A DNA stretch of 64,000 nt from Octopus vulgaris (GCA_951406725.2 OX597821.1:117118001-117182000), one strand, 5' to 3'; shown: positions 13,285-26,412, numbered from the stretch's first letter. Notes: generated from the sequence alone by a model not told the origin. Numbers and translations are program-made.

Positions 13285-13685
13285 GGCGATCTTTCGTCTC
13301 TAGTAGACCTTTCCGTCGATTTCCGTAAAAAAATTTATTTTTTTTTTACATATGGGCTTGCGGGAACTTTTGCAGTAATATACATACATATACACATACA
13401 CCGAGTAAAAAATTTCAGTTATCTCTTTCTTTCACACACACTAACAGAAGCACTTACACAACATACTGTCTGTCTCCCACACCCCATCAAACACACACAC
13501 ACACAGACATGTCCATCAATGCTCCCATGCACGGTAACTTCAAAAGAACTTCCCTCGTCATACAATCGCTTTCTCTTAGTCTCTTTCGCTCTCATTACTT
13601 CAAAAGTTCCCGCAAGCCCATATGTAAAAAAAAAAAATTTTTTACGGAAATCGACGGAAAGGTCTACTAGAGACGAAAGATTGCC
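13285..13685. mobile_element. MITE with about 95-bp near-perfect TIRs, inserted in a family A SINE
   Basis: ggcgatctttcgtctctagtagacctttccgtcgatttccgtaaaa...cgggaactttt is mirrored at 13593-13685; the SINE continues on both sides (about 13195-13965). Confidence 0.85.
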
Positions 13686-16048
13686 CCCCCCCCCAAAAAA
13701 AAAAACTTACTGTATCGGTCTCTTGAACAGCTAAGTTACAGGGACGTAAACACACCATCAACGGTTGTCAAATAGTGAAGCGGGGACAAACACAGACATA
13801 CACGACGGGCTTTTTTCGGTTTTCGTCTACCAAATCCACCCACAAGGCTTTGGTCGACCAGAGGTTAAAGCAGAAGACATTTGCCCAAGGTGGCACGCCG
13901 CAGTGGGACTGAACCTGGAACCATGTGCATGCTTCTTACCACGCAGCCATGCCTCCGCCTATACACTTCCCCGCCAAATTTTCAGGCCTTCTGCCTACAG
14001 TAGAATTAATTATTGTGATTAACCATACTGGGTGTCTGTGCAACTCTAAAGCAGTATTTCTCCATTCAGGGGCCTGAAAAGGGGGCAAACTGCCATATTT
14101 CATAAAATTAAAATTGAACATTAACTAAAACCGTTTTAAACATTTAAAATTTTATTCAAAAACCACGGCGGAAAAGGAAAAAAGATATGAAAGCAAGCTA
14201 TTTTGTCGGTCTTCTCGTGGAACGAAATTGCCCTGAAGCATTTCTTCCATATTTTTACGTTCCGAGTTCAAATCCCGCCAAAGTTAAAACTTTGTATTTT
14301 ATCCTTCCATGGCCGATTGAATAAAGTTCGAATCAAATACTGGAGTAGATGTAATCAACCAACACTCTCCCGCAATATTTCAGGCCTTACGAAACAATAC
14401 AGAGTATTAATTTAGTATTTGTCAGAATAAGAATCGCTGTATAGGGATTCAAGAGAGACACGTATTTAGTCTGTGGTTGTTCGGCACCAGAAGAATCTTT
14501 GACAGAGCAAACACCTACGAGCTAAAAGCATTCCAATTGTGACCATCGCTTACGTAATGGTATCTAGGACTACGTTTACTTAAATATCCCTCTTTTTCTT
14601 TTTTGGAAATAATACGGTTAATGTTTACAATATTACCCAGAAACGAAGTTTAACAAATTAACCGATGATACAATGCAATTTGAGATTTGGCTGCTATTTT
14701 TAGCAAATTAAAATCCATGTTGAGATTCCTTCTAGCGTTGTTTGTCTGGTCCTAAGATTGTATATAATTGATAGATTATTATATTAATATAAACTGGGAG
14801 AGAAAAATCGAGACAAGACCGGTAGTTCAGCTTCCTTATATTCACACACACACACACGCACGTAGGCCACTGTGACATCCTGCAAAGAGGACGGAAAGAT
14901 GTGATTTGGTTGCTATTTCTAGCTGGTCCAGCAGACAAACAAGGACTCATTATTGGCATGTTGAGATACAAAACAGTGAATTTTAAAAACTTCGACATTT
15001 CACACATAAATAAACCACAAGAGACAAAATAATTGGGGTTTTCTTCTCAAAACGAGGAACCATAACGTATTTTCTGTAAATTTCATAAAGGAAACATCGT
15101 TAATTCTTATTTTCACACAACCCGTGACTGAAGTTGAGAATCTGAGAAATATTAGAAGTAAATGACGTATAAACAGCAGAACTACTAAATTAGCAAAGAA
15201 GGAGATGAAAAGTCATTCATTCTTGTCCAGAAACCACCGGCTGCCACTCGCAACGATGTCGAACACTTCACATAAAAAAAAGTTTCCCCCCCTCGCTAAA
15301 TGAATAGGGGAGAGGGCATGCACCCGTGATATTTATCAATTATAAATTATCTGAGATGAGAATAAAATAACAGAATGAAAGGAAATTAAAAGAGGAGAAA
15401 ATAGTCATCCTTTTAGTTTCGGAGATTTAAGCTTTCTTTTTGGTTTTGCAAGTGAAATATCGGAACCCAATTAACCCGTCCAACACCGCCCTTGGTGCTA
15501 CGATGCAAACTCGTTCTATTTTAAGTGAGCTAAATAAAAATCTATCAAACTTCAATGTTAATTTATCCAATAAATAATTAATGACAAAGTCATTTTACTA
15601 AACACTTCGTTATTTTACTAAATACGTAGCAATTAAAAAAATAAGAACTTAAAGCAACAGAAATATAGCAAAATGAAATTGTTGTGGAAATAAGTTTTTA
15701 TAATAAATGAAGGACGCACATTTACTGTTCAGTGTTCGGTCAACAACATCACTTAAAAGAAAACCAAGAAATCTAATATTATCGAACAGTGGAGGGGAAA
15801 AAATCGGTAAATCTATCGGGGCCAACAATTTTAAACTTGTTATTCACAAATGACAATAATCTTTTCAAATACCTTCAGAACAATTAAGGGGAGTCGGTGT
15901 CCACTCCATTTAGTTTAACATTTCACTCTTAAAAGACAAAACAGTTTTTTGACTACTACAGAAGCCCCAGGATTTATAATTATAACAAGAATTCCAAATT
16001 TAATACATTTAAAGAAGAAGAAAAATATCGCTTATAAAAGAAACTTAC

Positions 16049-16134
16049 GAATCTCCAACATATTCGTGGAACACCATCGACCCGTGGGTAGTGTCAGCAG
16101 TAAAGTTGGGGAAAATTTCACCGAGATTTACCAT
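16049..16134 (-). CDS. PRDX6: Peroxiredoxin-6 (1-Cys Prx), coding part of exon 1
   Basis: accATGg start; translation MVNLGEIFPNFTADTTHGSMVFHEYVGD(S) matches the Prdx6 N-terminus (LG..FPNF.A.TT.G...FH...GDSW); ends GAT TC|gtaagt, a phase-2 donor at the same position as vertebrate PRDX6 intron 1; absent from the ORF track because it is short. Confidence 0.92.
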
Positions 16135-16320
16135 GGTTTCTTTTTCTATTTGTAATTAAATGTATGTAAGATATATGTGTCTTTTTTTTAAATGGAGTGG
16201 AAACAGTTCAACCGACTGAGTCTGCTGTCTGTCACTATGCGAATAAGTGCAGATATTGCCGTCACTAACGGCGAAGAAAACAACGTGTTCGCTTTATAGA
16301 TTGTGTGATGGCCAATCAGA
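16135..16320 (-). promoter_or_regulatory. Prdx6 core promoter and 5' UTR
   Basis: Minus-strand TATAAAG at 16298-16292; Inr-like TTAGT at 16268-16264 (A at 16266, 32 nt from the first T of the TATA box); CCAAT box at 16312-16316; locally CpG-retaining. Confidence 0.7.
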
Positions 16321-17070
16321 CTGCTGGGGTTTCTTTCCCCCCGAACCCGTCGTCGCCTTCTCGTTAATGTGCCGAGGCTTGCACGTATACACACACACAC
16401 ACATATATATATATACACACGTATACACACACGTACAGCTATACACATATACGCACACATTCGCGATCATGTAACTGCTATACACACGTACATACATTCA
16501 CACACTCTGACATGCACACTCACATACATGTAATCGTATATATTTATTATAACATTAATATACACGTATCTCCATGCACGCACACAGATATAGATACGTA
16601 GACAGCCATACATGCATAGACAAGCAGACAGACAAATAGATAGACAGACACAAATAGATAGATAGATAGATAGATAGACACAGATAGACAGACAGGCAAA
16701 CAGACAGATAAAGACAGTCAGACAGACACACAGATATCTGTACACTCGCTCACGTATCCACACACAAACCCAGATTAAGATTTCATAGTCCTTAACACAA
16801 CAGGTTGCATCAGATCCCAAATACTCTTTTCAAAAGAAAAAAAAGAAGCAGGAAATAAAATCTAGTTTTACATAAGGCACAAAAACAAAATGACTCTCCC
16901 CAGACACAACAGAATATTTTTACACAGTTTCTAATAATTAAAATTCAGGCGTAATTTCTTGTCAGCTAATTTTTTCCCTAACAGGATATAACAATGATAA
17001 TATAAAATAACAAAATAGTGTAAAGAGCCCTGCTAACGCAACAGAACGTGGTGGCGATTCATGAAAACAT

Positions 17071-17644
17071 TTAACACGTCGGTCCTGCCGGTGGGTCGTA
17101 TGTTAGCGAGTCCCGCCCGACCCCACCGGCGGGTCGTTTTTCGTTTTTAATATCTTTCCTATGGATTTTCTGAAAGCTTGTATGCTCCGATTGCTTTGAT
17201 TTATGCTTTCTATAGATATTTTAATATTCTTTTTCGTTTTTCTTTTGATTTCGCCATGTAATGAGGTAAAATAAAAGATTAAGTATTAAAAAAAAATTAT
17301 TTGCCATTGAAACAGAGATTGCTAGTTCTTTTTGAAAAACTTTGGTAGATTTTTCCAGAAACAGAAGGGAATGAAAAATATTTTACTTGTCATTGAAACC
17401 AAAATAGTTCTTTTTGAAAAAAGATTTCGAGATTTTCCAATAGAAAATAACCAAACTTTTTAATTGACTAAAGGTAGATCGTGTGATATGTAGGATGTGA
17501 CATGAACTAGGGCAGCGCTTTACAAACTTTTCTGTCGCGACCTATTTCATTTATCTCGCGACCCACTGAAGGGTCGGAATCCACAGTTTGAAAAACGCTG
17601 AACTAAGGTACCATACGACCCCCTGGTGGGACGTGGATATCTAA
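17071..17644. mobile_element. Probable piggyBac-like MITE with nested hAT MITE
   Basis: Begins TTAA-cacgtc...ccggtgggtcgtatg and ends catacgaccccctggtgggacgtgg; right end degenerate. Confidence 0.4.
17513..17600. mobile_element. 88-bp hAT MITE
   Basis: TIRs cagcgctttacaaac / gtttgaaaaacgctg; 8-bp TSD aactaggg / aactaagg. Confidence 0.75.
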
Positions 17645-18539
17645 CACTAGCTATGTGATCCTTGCCTCACATATGGTATAGTGTAAAAAAATATTACGTT
17701 CCTCGTGTCACAATTAATTAAGATATTGTATTGGGACTCTGGGATAAAACGTAAAATGAGGCTCGGGAACCATGGTTGCCAAACGAAAAACCATTACGTG
17801 CCCACAAGTCATTAATATTGAGATAGTAATTGTTTTAATTTTTTAGCGCGCGGCCGGCAATTTTGAGTGGTGGTGGGTAAATCGATTAGTGTTTAACTGA
17901 TCTTTATTTTATCGATCCCCGAAAGATAAAAGGCAAAGTGAGTATCGAGTGATGATGGTGATGAAATATTTGATATTTTATCTTTAACATGTTCTGCGTC
18001 ATATCTACGTGTTATGAATCAGGTAGAAGTTAACAACCGGCTGCACCCGATTTGCAATGCAGGATTGAGTTTTGCTGTAATGCATTCGCTAAACATACAT
18101 ACCCGCCCATTTATACTGTTCGTTTTTATGTCAAGTTATAAAATCTATTTCACAATTAACTGGTCGATGCATTTTAGTAGAATGCAAGTTTATTAACTTT
18201 CACAAGTAAAAGGTGGAGGACTAGATATGTACGTTTATTGTTTGAGTCTTCTTAGAAAGAGTTCAAGCCAGTCGCTCGCAAAATGACTTTTGAAAGAGCT
18301 CTCGGTGTTTGTAAATATGTGGTTGAGTTAATGTGTTGGTTGAGCTGTCGATGCACGCACCCAAGTGTTTATATCTATTCATTTAGAGAGTCTCAGATGG
18401 GGAATCTTAGGAATGTCATAACTGATAGTTATGTATGTGGATATACGGGGTACGATGGGTATATTGTTGCCATTTTATATTTTTTTTCATTTCGTGCATG
18501 CGCATTGTTTGTTTTTGATTTTGTCGACTACATAGTATG

Positions 18540-18670
18540 GTAGGGTCAGTTGGGCACCGTCTGTGAGAAAAACAGCAACATGACGCAATTCACTCAGCCA
18601 GAAATTTGGAAACGACATGCTGTACTGCTTGGCATTTGCGTCGGAAGGTCCAATACATAGATTTTTCATT
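18540..18670 (+). mobile_element. Possible 5' remnant of a Tc1/mariner-type transposon
   Basis: Short reading frame MTQFTQPEIWKRHAVLLGICVGRSNT* resembles a transposase N-terminal HTH start; truncated. Confidence 0.35.
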
Positions 18671-18703
18671 TTTGCAAAATTTAGATGACAGCTTATTCAG
18701 CGC

Positions 18704-18761
<58 letters not shown>

Positions 18762-19005
18762 TGTGTGTCTCTGTGTGTGTGTGTGTGTGTGTGTAGTCAA
18801 TTCAAATAAACAAATAAAATTAATGGACAACAAGAGGACGTGCCCAAGAAGTGTATCAGCTTGACATTCAGTGAAAGAGAGAGTTTTACATTTCGAGCAT
18901 AGCTCTTGGCTGGAAGAGAGAAAGGGAAATATCCAAAGAAGGAAAAAAAAAACCACCAACAACACGTGTGTAGTTACATTACTGGAGTGCATTGTAACTA
19001 CATAC

Positions 19006-19040
<35 letters not shown>

Positions 19041-19350
19041 GAGGCGCAATGGCACAGTGGTTAGGGCAGTGGACTCGTGGTTGTAGGATCGCAGTTTTGA
19101 TTCCTAGACCGGGCGTTGTGAGTTTTTATTGAGCAAAAACACCTAAATCTTCACGAGACTCCAGCAGGGGGTGGTGGCGATCCCTGCTGTATTCTTTCGC
19201 CACAACTTTCTCTCATTCGTTCTTCTGTTGGCCTGCTCGCTTAGAAAGCGGGTTGGCGTCATTTGTAGGCTAAAACAATGTGAAGCACATTGTGATCAGC
19301 GATGTGTAGCAACATCGGATAGCCTGGTCGGTCACGGTTACGGTCACGTA
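19041..19350 (+). mobile_element. tRNA-derived SINE (family D)
   Basis: A-box tggcacagtggttag, B-box gttttgattcc, ends ggtcacg(TA)n; head also at 25955-26110 and tail at 63190-63305(-). Confidence 0.75.
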
Positions 19351-19505
19351 TATATATATATATAGGTTATGAGAGGTGATGGTGCCAAGAAGACCCAAAG
19401 GTGTCAGGTAATGCTTAGTAAGTGCTATGGACAGACTATAGTTAAGCTCCAGGTTCGGTGATTATGCGAATGAGGACTCCAATGTAGGTCATATATTAGT
19501 ATGCA

Positions 19506-19630
19506 TATATATAAAAAATTAACAGAACGAGATAAAAAATCCAAGGCTGTGAAAGATTTCAGAACAGTTACATTCTGAAATTTTTCACAGCCTTGGATTT
19601 TTTATCTCATTCTGTTAATTTATATATATA
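19506..19630. repeat. About 50-bp-arm hairpin embedded in (TA)n
   Basis: aattaacagaacgagataaaaaatccaaggctgtgaaagatttcagaa, 8-nt loop, then ttctgaaatttttcacagccttggattttttatctcattctgttaatt. Confidence 0.9.
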
Positions 19631-19748
19631 TATATATATATAACAAATAAAAAAAAGAAGATGGAATATACGAGAATATATTATAATTGTTTCAACACAT
19701 CCAGCATCGACTCCTCTTGTGTGACACACAAAAAACTGATACAGGAGC

Positions 19749-19779
<31 letters not shown>

Positions 19780-22700
19780 CCTCCCTCTGTCAGTCATTAA
19801 ATCAGTGCTTTTGTGGATTTTGAGTTGTTTTAACTCTTATTTTCAGCAAACTTTTGTGACCTCTATTAATTTTGCCTTTACATTCTAATTGCTAATAAAT
19901 CAATCTTTTTCATTTGTAATTTATATATATTGTTGTTGTTGTTGTGACCCCCTTCGGTCATGAATGACCATGGGATTGCACCTAGAAAGTTAACCTCTGA
20001 GGTACAAGTCTGGGCAAGGTTGTTTATGGAAGACCAGCAGTTGCCCATGCATACCAGCCTCCCCTCTCCATGCCATCACTGTTATCCTAGGGAAAGGCAA
20101 AGGCCGATACAGCTTGGCACCAGTGACATCGCAGCTCATTTATTAACATGCAAGTGGCTGAGCACTCCACAGACAAGTGCACCCTTAACGTAGTTCTCGG
20201 GGAGATTCAACATGACACAGAGTGTGACAAGGCTGGCCCTTTGAAATACAGGTACAACAGAAACAGGAAGAAAGAGTGAGATAATGTTGTGGAGAAAGAA
20301 TACAGCAGGGTTCACTCCTCCCCCCTGCCAAAGCCTTGTGGGGCCTCGCTCAATAAACACTCACAATGCTCGGTCTGCAAATCGAAACCGCAATCCTATG
20401 ACCGCGAGTTCGCTGCCCTAACCACTGAGCCATTGTACCTCCACAATTTATATATATATATATATATATTTACTCAGACACACATACACAGGCGTCTTTC
20501 AGGGATGGGGTGGGGTTCTGCCAATCAAATCTTCTCACTTTCTTTTATCTTTTGTTTGTTTTAGTCATTCAACTGTGGCCATGCTGGGGCACCACCTTGA
20601 AACAACCACAGAACTTAATATCAGGTTTAGTACCCTCGTACTAAGTACTGTGGTTGTCTCTTTGATCGAACTGCTAAGTTATGGGGTTGTAAACACACCA
20701 ATACTGGTGGTGGTGGTGGACAGATGCACACACAAACACACAGACATACACACACAAAAACATACACACACACACACATACATGCACTTATATATTAACG
20801 ATGTACACAAATACATGACAGGTATACATAATACTGTAATATGCATAAAGTAAACTCATGCAGACAAATATATTAATAAAACAACTTTAAAAAAAATAAT
20901 AAAAACCTACAATAAATGAAGAGACAAAAGAAACAGCAAGATGATCCATGTTGATTTTATTTGGTATTTCTGTTTATTTAGAAACCTACAATGAACAGGT
21001 CAGACCCTAAACTATAAATTTCACAGGGTACAACCTTAAAGTTGATACTGCTCCACTAAACACAAAAAATTTCTGTCTCGCTATTGGCTATAAATACACA
21101 GTTTTTCTGATTTTTAAACTCCTGTAACTTTTTCCTCCAATTTTTTTTTCTGCATAGCATCATACTTTCATAGCAATAAAACTGGAAAACTATATTATTT
21201 TAGCTGATTTTCAAATTTTTTACTGTCATTTAAGAAATGCATATTTTGCAATTGAAAAAAACTAGATCCCAAAATTGCTTGATGGGTACTGGAAAAAGCC
21301 TATCGTGTGCATGTATGTGTGTGTGTGTGTGTGGAAAGGGGTCATCTGTCTCCAAAACTTCAAAGTTGAGTACTGTTTTCATGCTTGGATTTGTAAACTA
21401 CAATAAGAATAATCCTGGTCAACAAAGAATTTGTCCCAAGAAAAAGAATGCCTGTATTCTATATGTTCTTGCATGCACAATTCAAAAATAATGTCAAATT
21501 ATCTGTACTAAGTTCATATGTTCCATTCACCTTCGTAATACCAAGAAACTGTATAAACATCGCAAACAACTTTTGCTGTATACGAAAAATATGTAAAATG
21601 TTAAGACAATTGACGAAAAATATTTATAATTAAATTCTAATTGATAAATATAAATTTTTTTAAAAACAAAACACGTGGGTGAAGTAAATCTCATGGTGTA
21701 AAGAATAAACACAACAATTGGATGAAAAACAACACAACACAACGTACAGTTGTCATGGTAACAAGCTTTAATGCTTCACTGTCTGTTGATTGGCTAAAAT
21801 TACCCAAATTTCCCGACTTTAATTTCATTTAACATCAGATTTTTTAATTTATGAGATAAAGTAATTGGTTGATCATAATTAAAAATTCAGCATTGCATCG
21901 ATACACCAAAATTGAAAGCAATCTGAGCAAAATTAAAGGGGGCTAAAGACTAGATCCCAATTCTGTTCACAAGGCTTCAGTCAGCCCGTGGCTATGATAA
22001 AAGACACTTATCCAAAGTGCCATGCAGTGGGACTGAACCCAGAAACATGTGGTTTAGAAAGAAACTTCTTACCACCAAATTTCTTTTGTTGAATAAAGGA
22101 CAGATCCAGGTAAAGTGAACAAAGAAAATGTCAGAGGGCTTCCTGCATAGGAAGGATCACTTAACATGACAGCAGCAACCCCATAATTATTTTTCTGAGC
22201 AAATGGAATTTAGCAGGAGCAGTTGGGGTGTGGAAGGGGCAGACAAAGACTGCAACCAGCCATGAATGAAGCTGGGGGTTTTCAAACAGGATAACATCAG
22301 GTCATCAAAAGGTTAAGAGATGCGAAGTATTTTATCATTCAGAAATATGTAGCAGCAGAAGCCAGCTTTGGCTGATGTCAGTCATTAGACTGTGGCCAAA
22401 CTGGAGCACTATCATTAAAGTATTTTAATTAGTTATATCAATCCAGTGGCTTCATTAGGTGCCTGTTTTTGCCATCTTCATTTCTTTTATCTTTTGTCTT
22501 TAACTTGTTTCAGTCATTGAAAACAAATCAACTCCAGTACTTTTTTTTTTTTAAAAAAAAATCTGAACTGCTAAATTAGAGGACATGAACAAACCAACAT
22601 CAGTTGTCAAGTGGTGACAGGGAAAGCACACACACACACACATAGTTACAGTGTGTGTGTGTATGCACGCATGTGTGTGTATGTGTGTGTGTGCGTGTTT

Positions 22701-22884
22701 CTGTCAATCTATCTAGCATGGCTGTGTGGTAAGAAGTTTGCTTCCCAACCACATAATTCTCAGGTTCCGTCCCTCTGCATGGCACCTTGGGCAAGTGTCT
22801 TCCACCATAGCCTCGGGCTAACCAAAGCTTTGCGAGTGGATTTGATAGATGGAAGCTGAACAAAGCCAGTTGTATGTATGTATA

Positions 22885-22941
<57 letters not shown>

Positions 22942-22946
<5 letters not shown>

Positions 22947-23315
22947 TGGCAGGGCTGGCCTGCTAGGTAGCCGGCCAGAATGCTAGAAGAAGATCATCAA
23001 CGATCAAACTACAAGGGAAATTCTCTAGAGGAAGAATTCAACGAACACCAGAACCAAATTTGGCGGGCAGGACATATGAAAAATTAAATAAAAACAGACT
23101 TAAATGCATACCTCGGTTTCGGTCTTAACCGAAACCGAAACCGAGGTATGCATTTAAGTCTGTTTTTTATTTAATTTTTCATATGTCCTGCCCGCCAAAT
23201 TTGTTCTGGTGTTCGCTGAATTCTTCCTCTAGAGAATTTCCCTTGTAGTTTGATCGTTGATGATCTTCTTCTAGCATTCTGGCCGGCTACCTAGCAGGCC
23301 AGCCCTGCCAATATA
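22942..23315. repeat. Near-perfect 374-bp palindrome abutting (TA)n
   Basis: Arms of about 182 bp with roughly three differences; about 10-nt spacer at 23124-23133. Confidence 0.95.
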
Positions 23316-23420
23316 CACATATATTTGAATTTTCTCTGACTCCTCAGATTTTTTGAATGCTGGACTACTGGTTTTAAATTGATATTAAAATTAATATTAA
23401 TTTATCTCCCTCAATTTTTA

Positions 23421-23488
<68 letters not shown>

Positions 23489-24086
23489 ATTTATGTATGT
23501 ATGTGTGTGTGTATCTGTATCTCCACCACCGCTTGACAACCTGTGTTGGTTTGATTACATCCCCCGTAACTTAGCAGTCCAGTAAAAGACACTAACTGAA
23601 TAACTACTGGGTTTAAATAGTTAAAAAAACTACTGGCTCAATTCATTTGACTAAAAATTCTTCAAGGCAGTGCTCCAGCATGGCTGTAGTCTAACAACTG
23701 AAGCAAGTAAAAGATAAAAGATAAAAGACTTATGCTAGCATACTTAATGTATATACACAGTTGATAGGTTAGTTACTGCAGTATTTGTCCTGAAATAACA
23801 TCCCTTATAGATTTGCTGTGTGAAAAACACAATATTTGCAACATCAGGGAATATTTCAGTCACTTTTTTCCCATGAATGTGAGGCTGGCTGTGAATACAT
23901 TCCATTGAAAAGACCCAAAAACATTGAAATTTATCCACTGCACTTGCAGGCAGCAGCTGAGATGAATCTTTCTCTCTCTCTCTGATATTTATTGTGTTTT
24001 TAATACAGCAAATCCATGAAAGATGTTATATCAAGATAAATACAACAGTAACTGGCCTATCAATGATGTATGTGTGTATGCTTGTA

Positions 24087-24141
<55 letters not shown>

Positions 24142-24296
24142 ATATGTAGATGTAGATGTATATGTAGGTATGTATGTATTACTTTTATTACTTTTCTTTA
24201 GTACTTTATTTATGTAGAATACCAGCACACTCATCACTTATAAATTTATTTTTCCAAAATCTTATCACATTCCAAAAACTATAGAATCTGTCGTCA

Positions 24297-24372
24297 GGGA
24301 TCTCTTAGCTCAATGGTTCAGAGGGACTCAGCCGGAATTTGAGAGATGCAGGGTTTGATTCCCTGTGGAGGC
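24297..24372 (+). pseudogene. tRNA-like sequence (SINE head or tRNA pseudogene)
   Basis: A-box tagctcaatgg, anticodon-like arm ctcag-ccggaat-ttgag, B-box gggtttgattccct; acceptor stem poorly paired. Confidence 0.6.
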
Positions 24373-24487
24373 TTGCTGGCCATTTGTTTCCATTTTCTTA
24401 ATGGTATTTTCCCAATTACCTAAGCTGTCTTCACAGCCTTCGTGCATTCGCAAATTCCTTTATATTTATATATATATAAATATATAT

Positions 24488-24577
24488 ATCTCTGAGGAGC
24501 AGAAGAGTTGTCTATAAATGCTTATCAATATAGGATTCCATTATAGGGACCGCACTTCTGTGAAACAATCATAAGAT
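24488..24577 (+). ncRNA. Minimal type-I hammerhead ribozyme motif (decayed)
   Basis: atct-CTGAGGA-gcagaag...cttctgt-GAAAC-aatc-ATA-agat; stems I and II pair; departures from consensus fit CpG decay of cGAAAC-GATC-GTA. Confidence 0.7.
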
Positions 24578-24878
24578 GCTTTAAATACTTAATTCAAAAC
24601 TTTTAAACTGTCATATACATTATATATTTATGGCTTCCCAGACCTTGGTTGAACCATTCAACCCATGCCAGCATGGAAAACGGAAGTTAAACAATGATGA
24701 TGATGATGATGATGATGACTTATACATATTTATATATATTTTTATATATATTTTTATATATATTTTTATATATATTTTTATATGTATTTATATTTTTAAT
24801 ACAACAATTATTTTACACATGTACATAACTTTCTGAAGAATTTTCTAATATTGATTTCCTGATATTAATAATGATATA

Positions 24879-24940
<62 letters not shown>

Positions 24941-25025
24941 AGAAAACAAAATGGAGAAGTATTGATTAACAACAATTGACTTACATCAATTATAATTTAT
25001 TAATTTAATGCAAATAGACTGCATC

Positions 25026-25129
25026 CCACCTAACAGATGTTTCTATTTCCATTGATATTCAAAATATGTAAAAGTATTAATCATATTTGGTAATAAAACT
25101 GATCTGAAGCAAGAAGCTTCATCAGAGTG
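25026..25129 (-). ncRNA. Degenerate type-I hammerhead-like motif
   Basis: Minus strand cact-CTGATGA-ag...GAAAC-atct-GTT-aggtg; stem II not convincingly paired. Confidence 0.35.
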
Positions 25130-25659
25130 AAGAATAAATAAAGAAGAAGAGAACAGAAAAGAAAAAGGATAAAGTTGAATATGGTTGTAATCCTACCATT
25201 TTGCTTGTGTTTCTGTTTGGGCCATTAAGCAAAAGATTATATATCGTCATCATCATCATCGTTATTTAATATCCATTGTCCCTACTTGCCTGGATCGGAT
25301 GGTTTGACCAGAGCTGGCAAGTTGGGGAGCTGCACCAGACTCCAGTCTGATTTGGCATGGTTTCTACTGCTGGATGCCCTTCCTAATGCCAACCACTTTA
25401 CAGAATGTGCTGGATGCTTTTACATGGCTCCACATAGGCACTTTTATGTGACACCAAATGGATACTTTTATGGTCACCATACGAGCATTTTTATGTGGTA
25501 CCACCATGGGTGTTTTACACAACCAGAAGGATTGGTCGTAACACTTCTGCAGTGGTGTATGGGTCATCGTGAGTATGGCCATGTATGTATGTATGTATGT
25601 ATGTATGTGTATATAGCTGTCAATTCATGACTAAGAAAGACTGTCACTGACCACTGTCC

Positions 25660-25950
25660 ATGCAAAATGCTAGCAATGTCCATGCATGAGATTATTGCCC
25701 CAGCAGTCAGCTTCACACAAGTTTGCATCTGAAGCTTCCATGCTTGTTGGGGCATCCTCCTATTGGCCATCGGAAAGCTGCCTCTCCATTGATTGCTCTA
25801 CCTAAAGTTTCAGGTGCAATAAAACTTGCACAGCATATCACAGACCTTCTCCACTCTACTGACACAAACCAGGACAAGATATCCAGTACCAATATGGGTT
25901 ACAGGCTCAGGAATCTGGGAGCACCATGATCTCAAGTGCAGGCAAAAGAT
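25660..25950 (-). mobile_element. Second, more decayed CRE-like endonuclease remnant
   Basis: FIAPETLGRAINGEAAF and IASIL motifs in the expected order. Confidence 0.35.
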
Positions 25951-26374
25951 CCTTGCAAAATGGCCAAGTGGTTAGAGCAGCAGACTCACGGTCGATGGAT
26001 CGCGAGTTCAAATCTCAGACCAGGCAATGTGTGTATTTATGAGCGAAACACCTAAGCTCCATGTGGCTCCGGCAGAAGTTAATGGCGAACTTGTGCTGAC
26101 TCTTTCGCCACAATAGGTGCAGGAGTGGCTGTATGGCAAGTAGCTTGCTTACCAACCACATGATTACAGGTTCAGTCCAGATACGAATATAATAGTTATA
26201 TTATATATTGTACCTCAAATCTCTCAAATGGCACAAAGCCACACCCACTCAATACAACTCACCCACCCACCCCGGATGAGAGGTTTTTATCTGGTAAGGA
26301 ATGTGGTGACCTTGAGCTGACCAAAGCCTTGTGAGTGGATCTGAAAGAAGCCCATTGTATATATGTATATGTAA

Positions 26375-26412
<38 letters not shown>

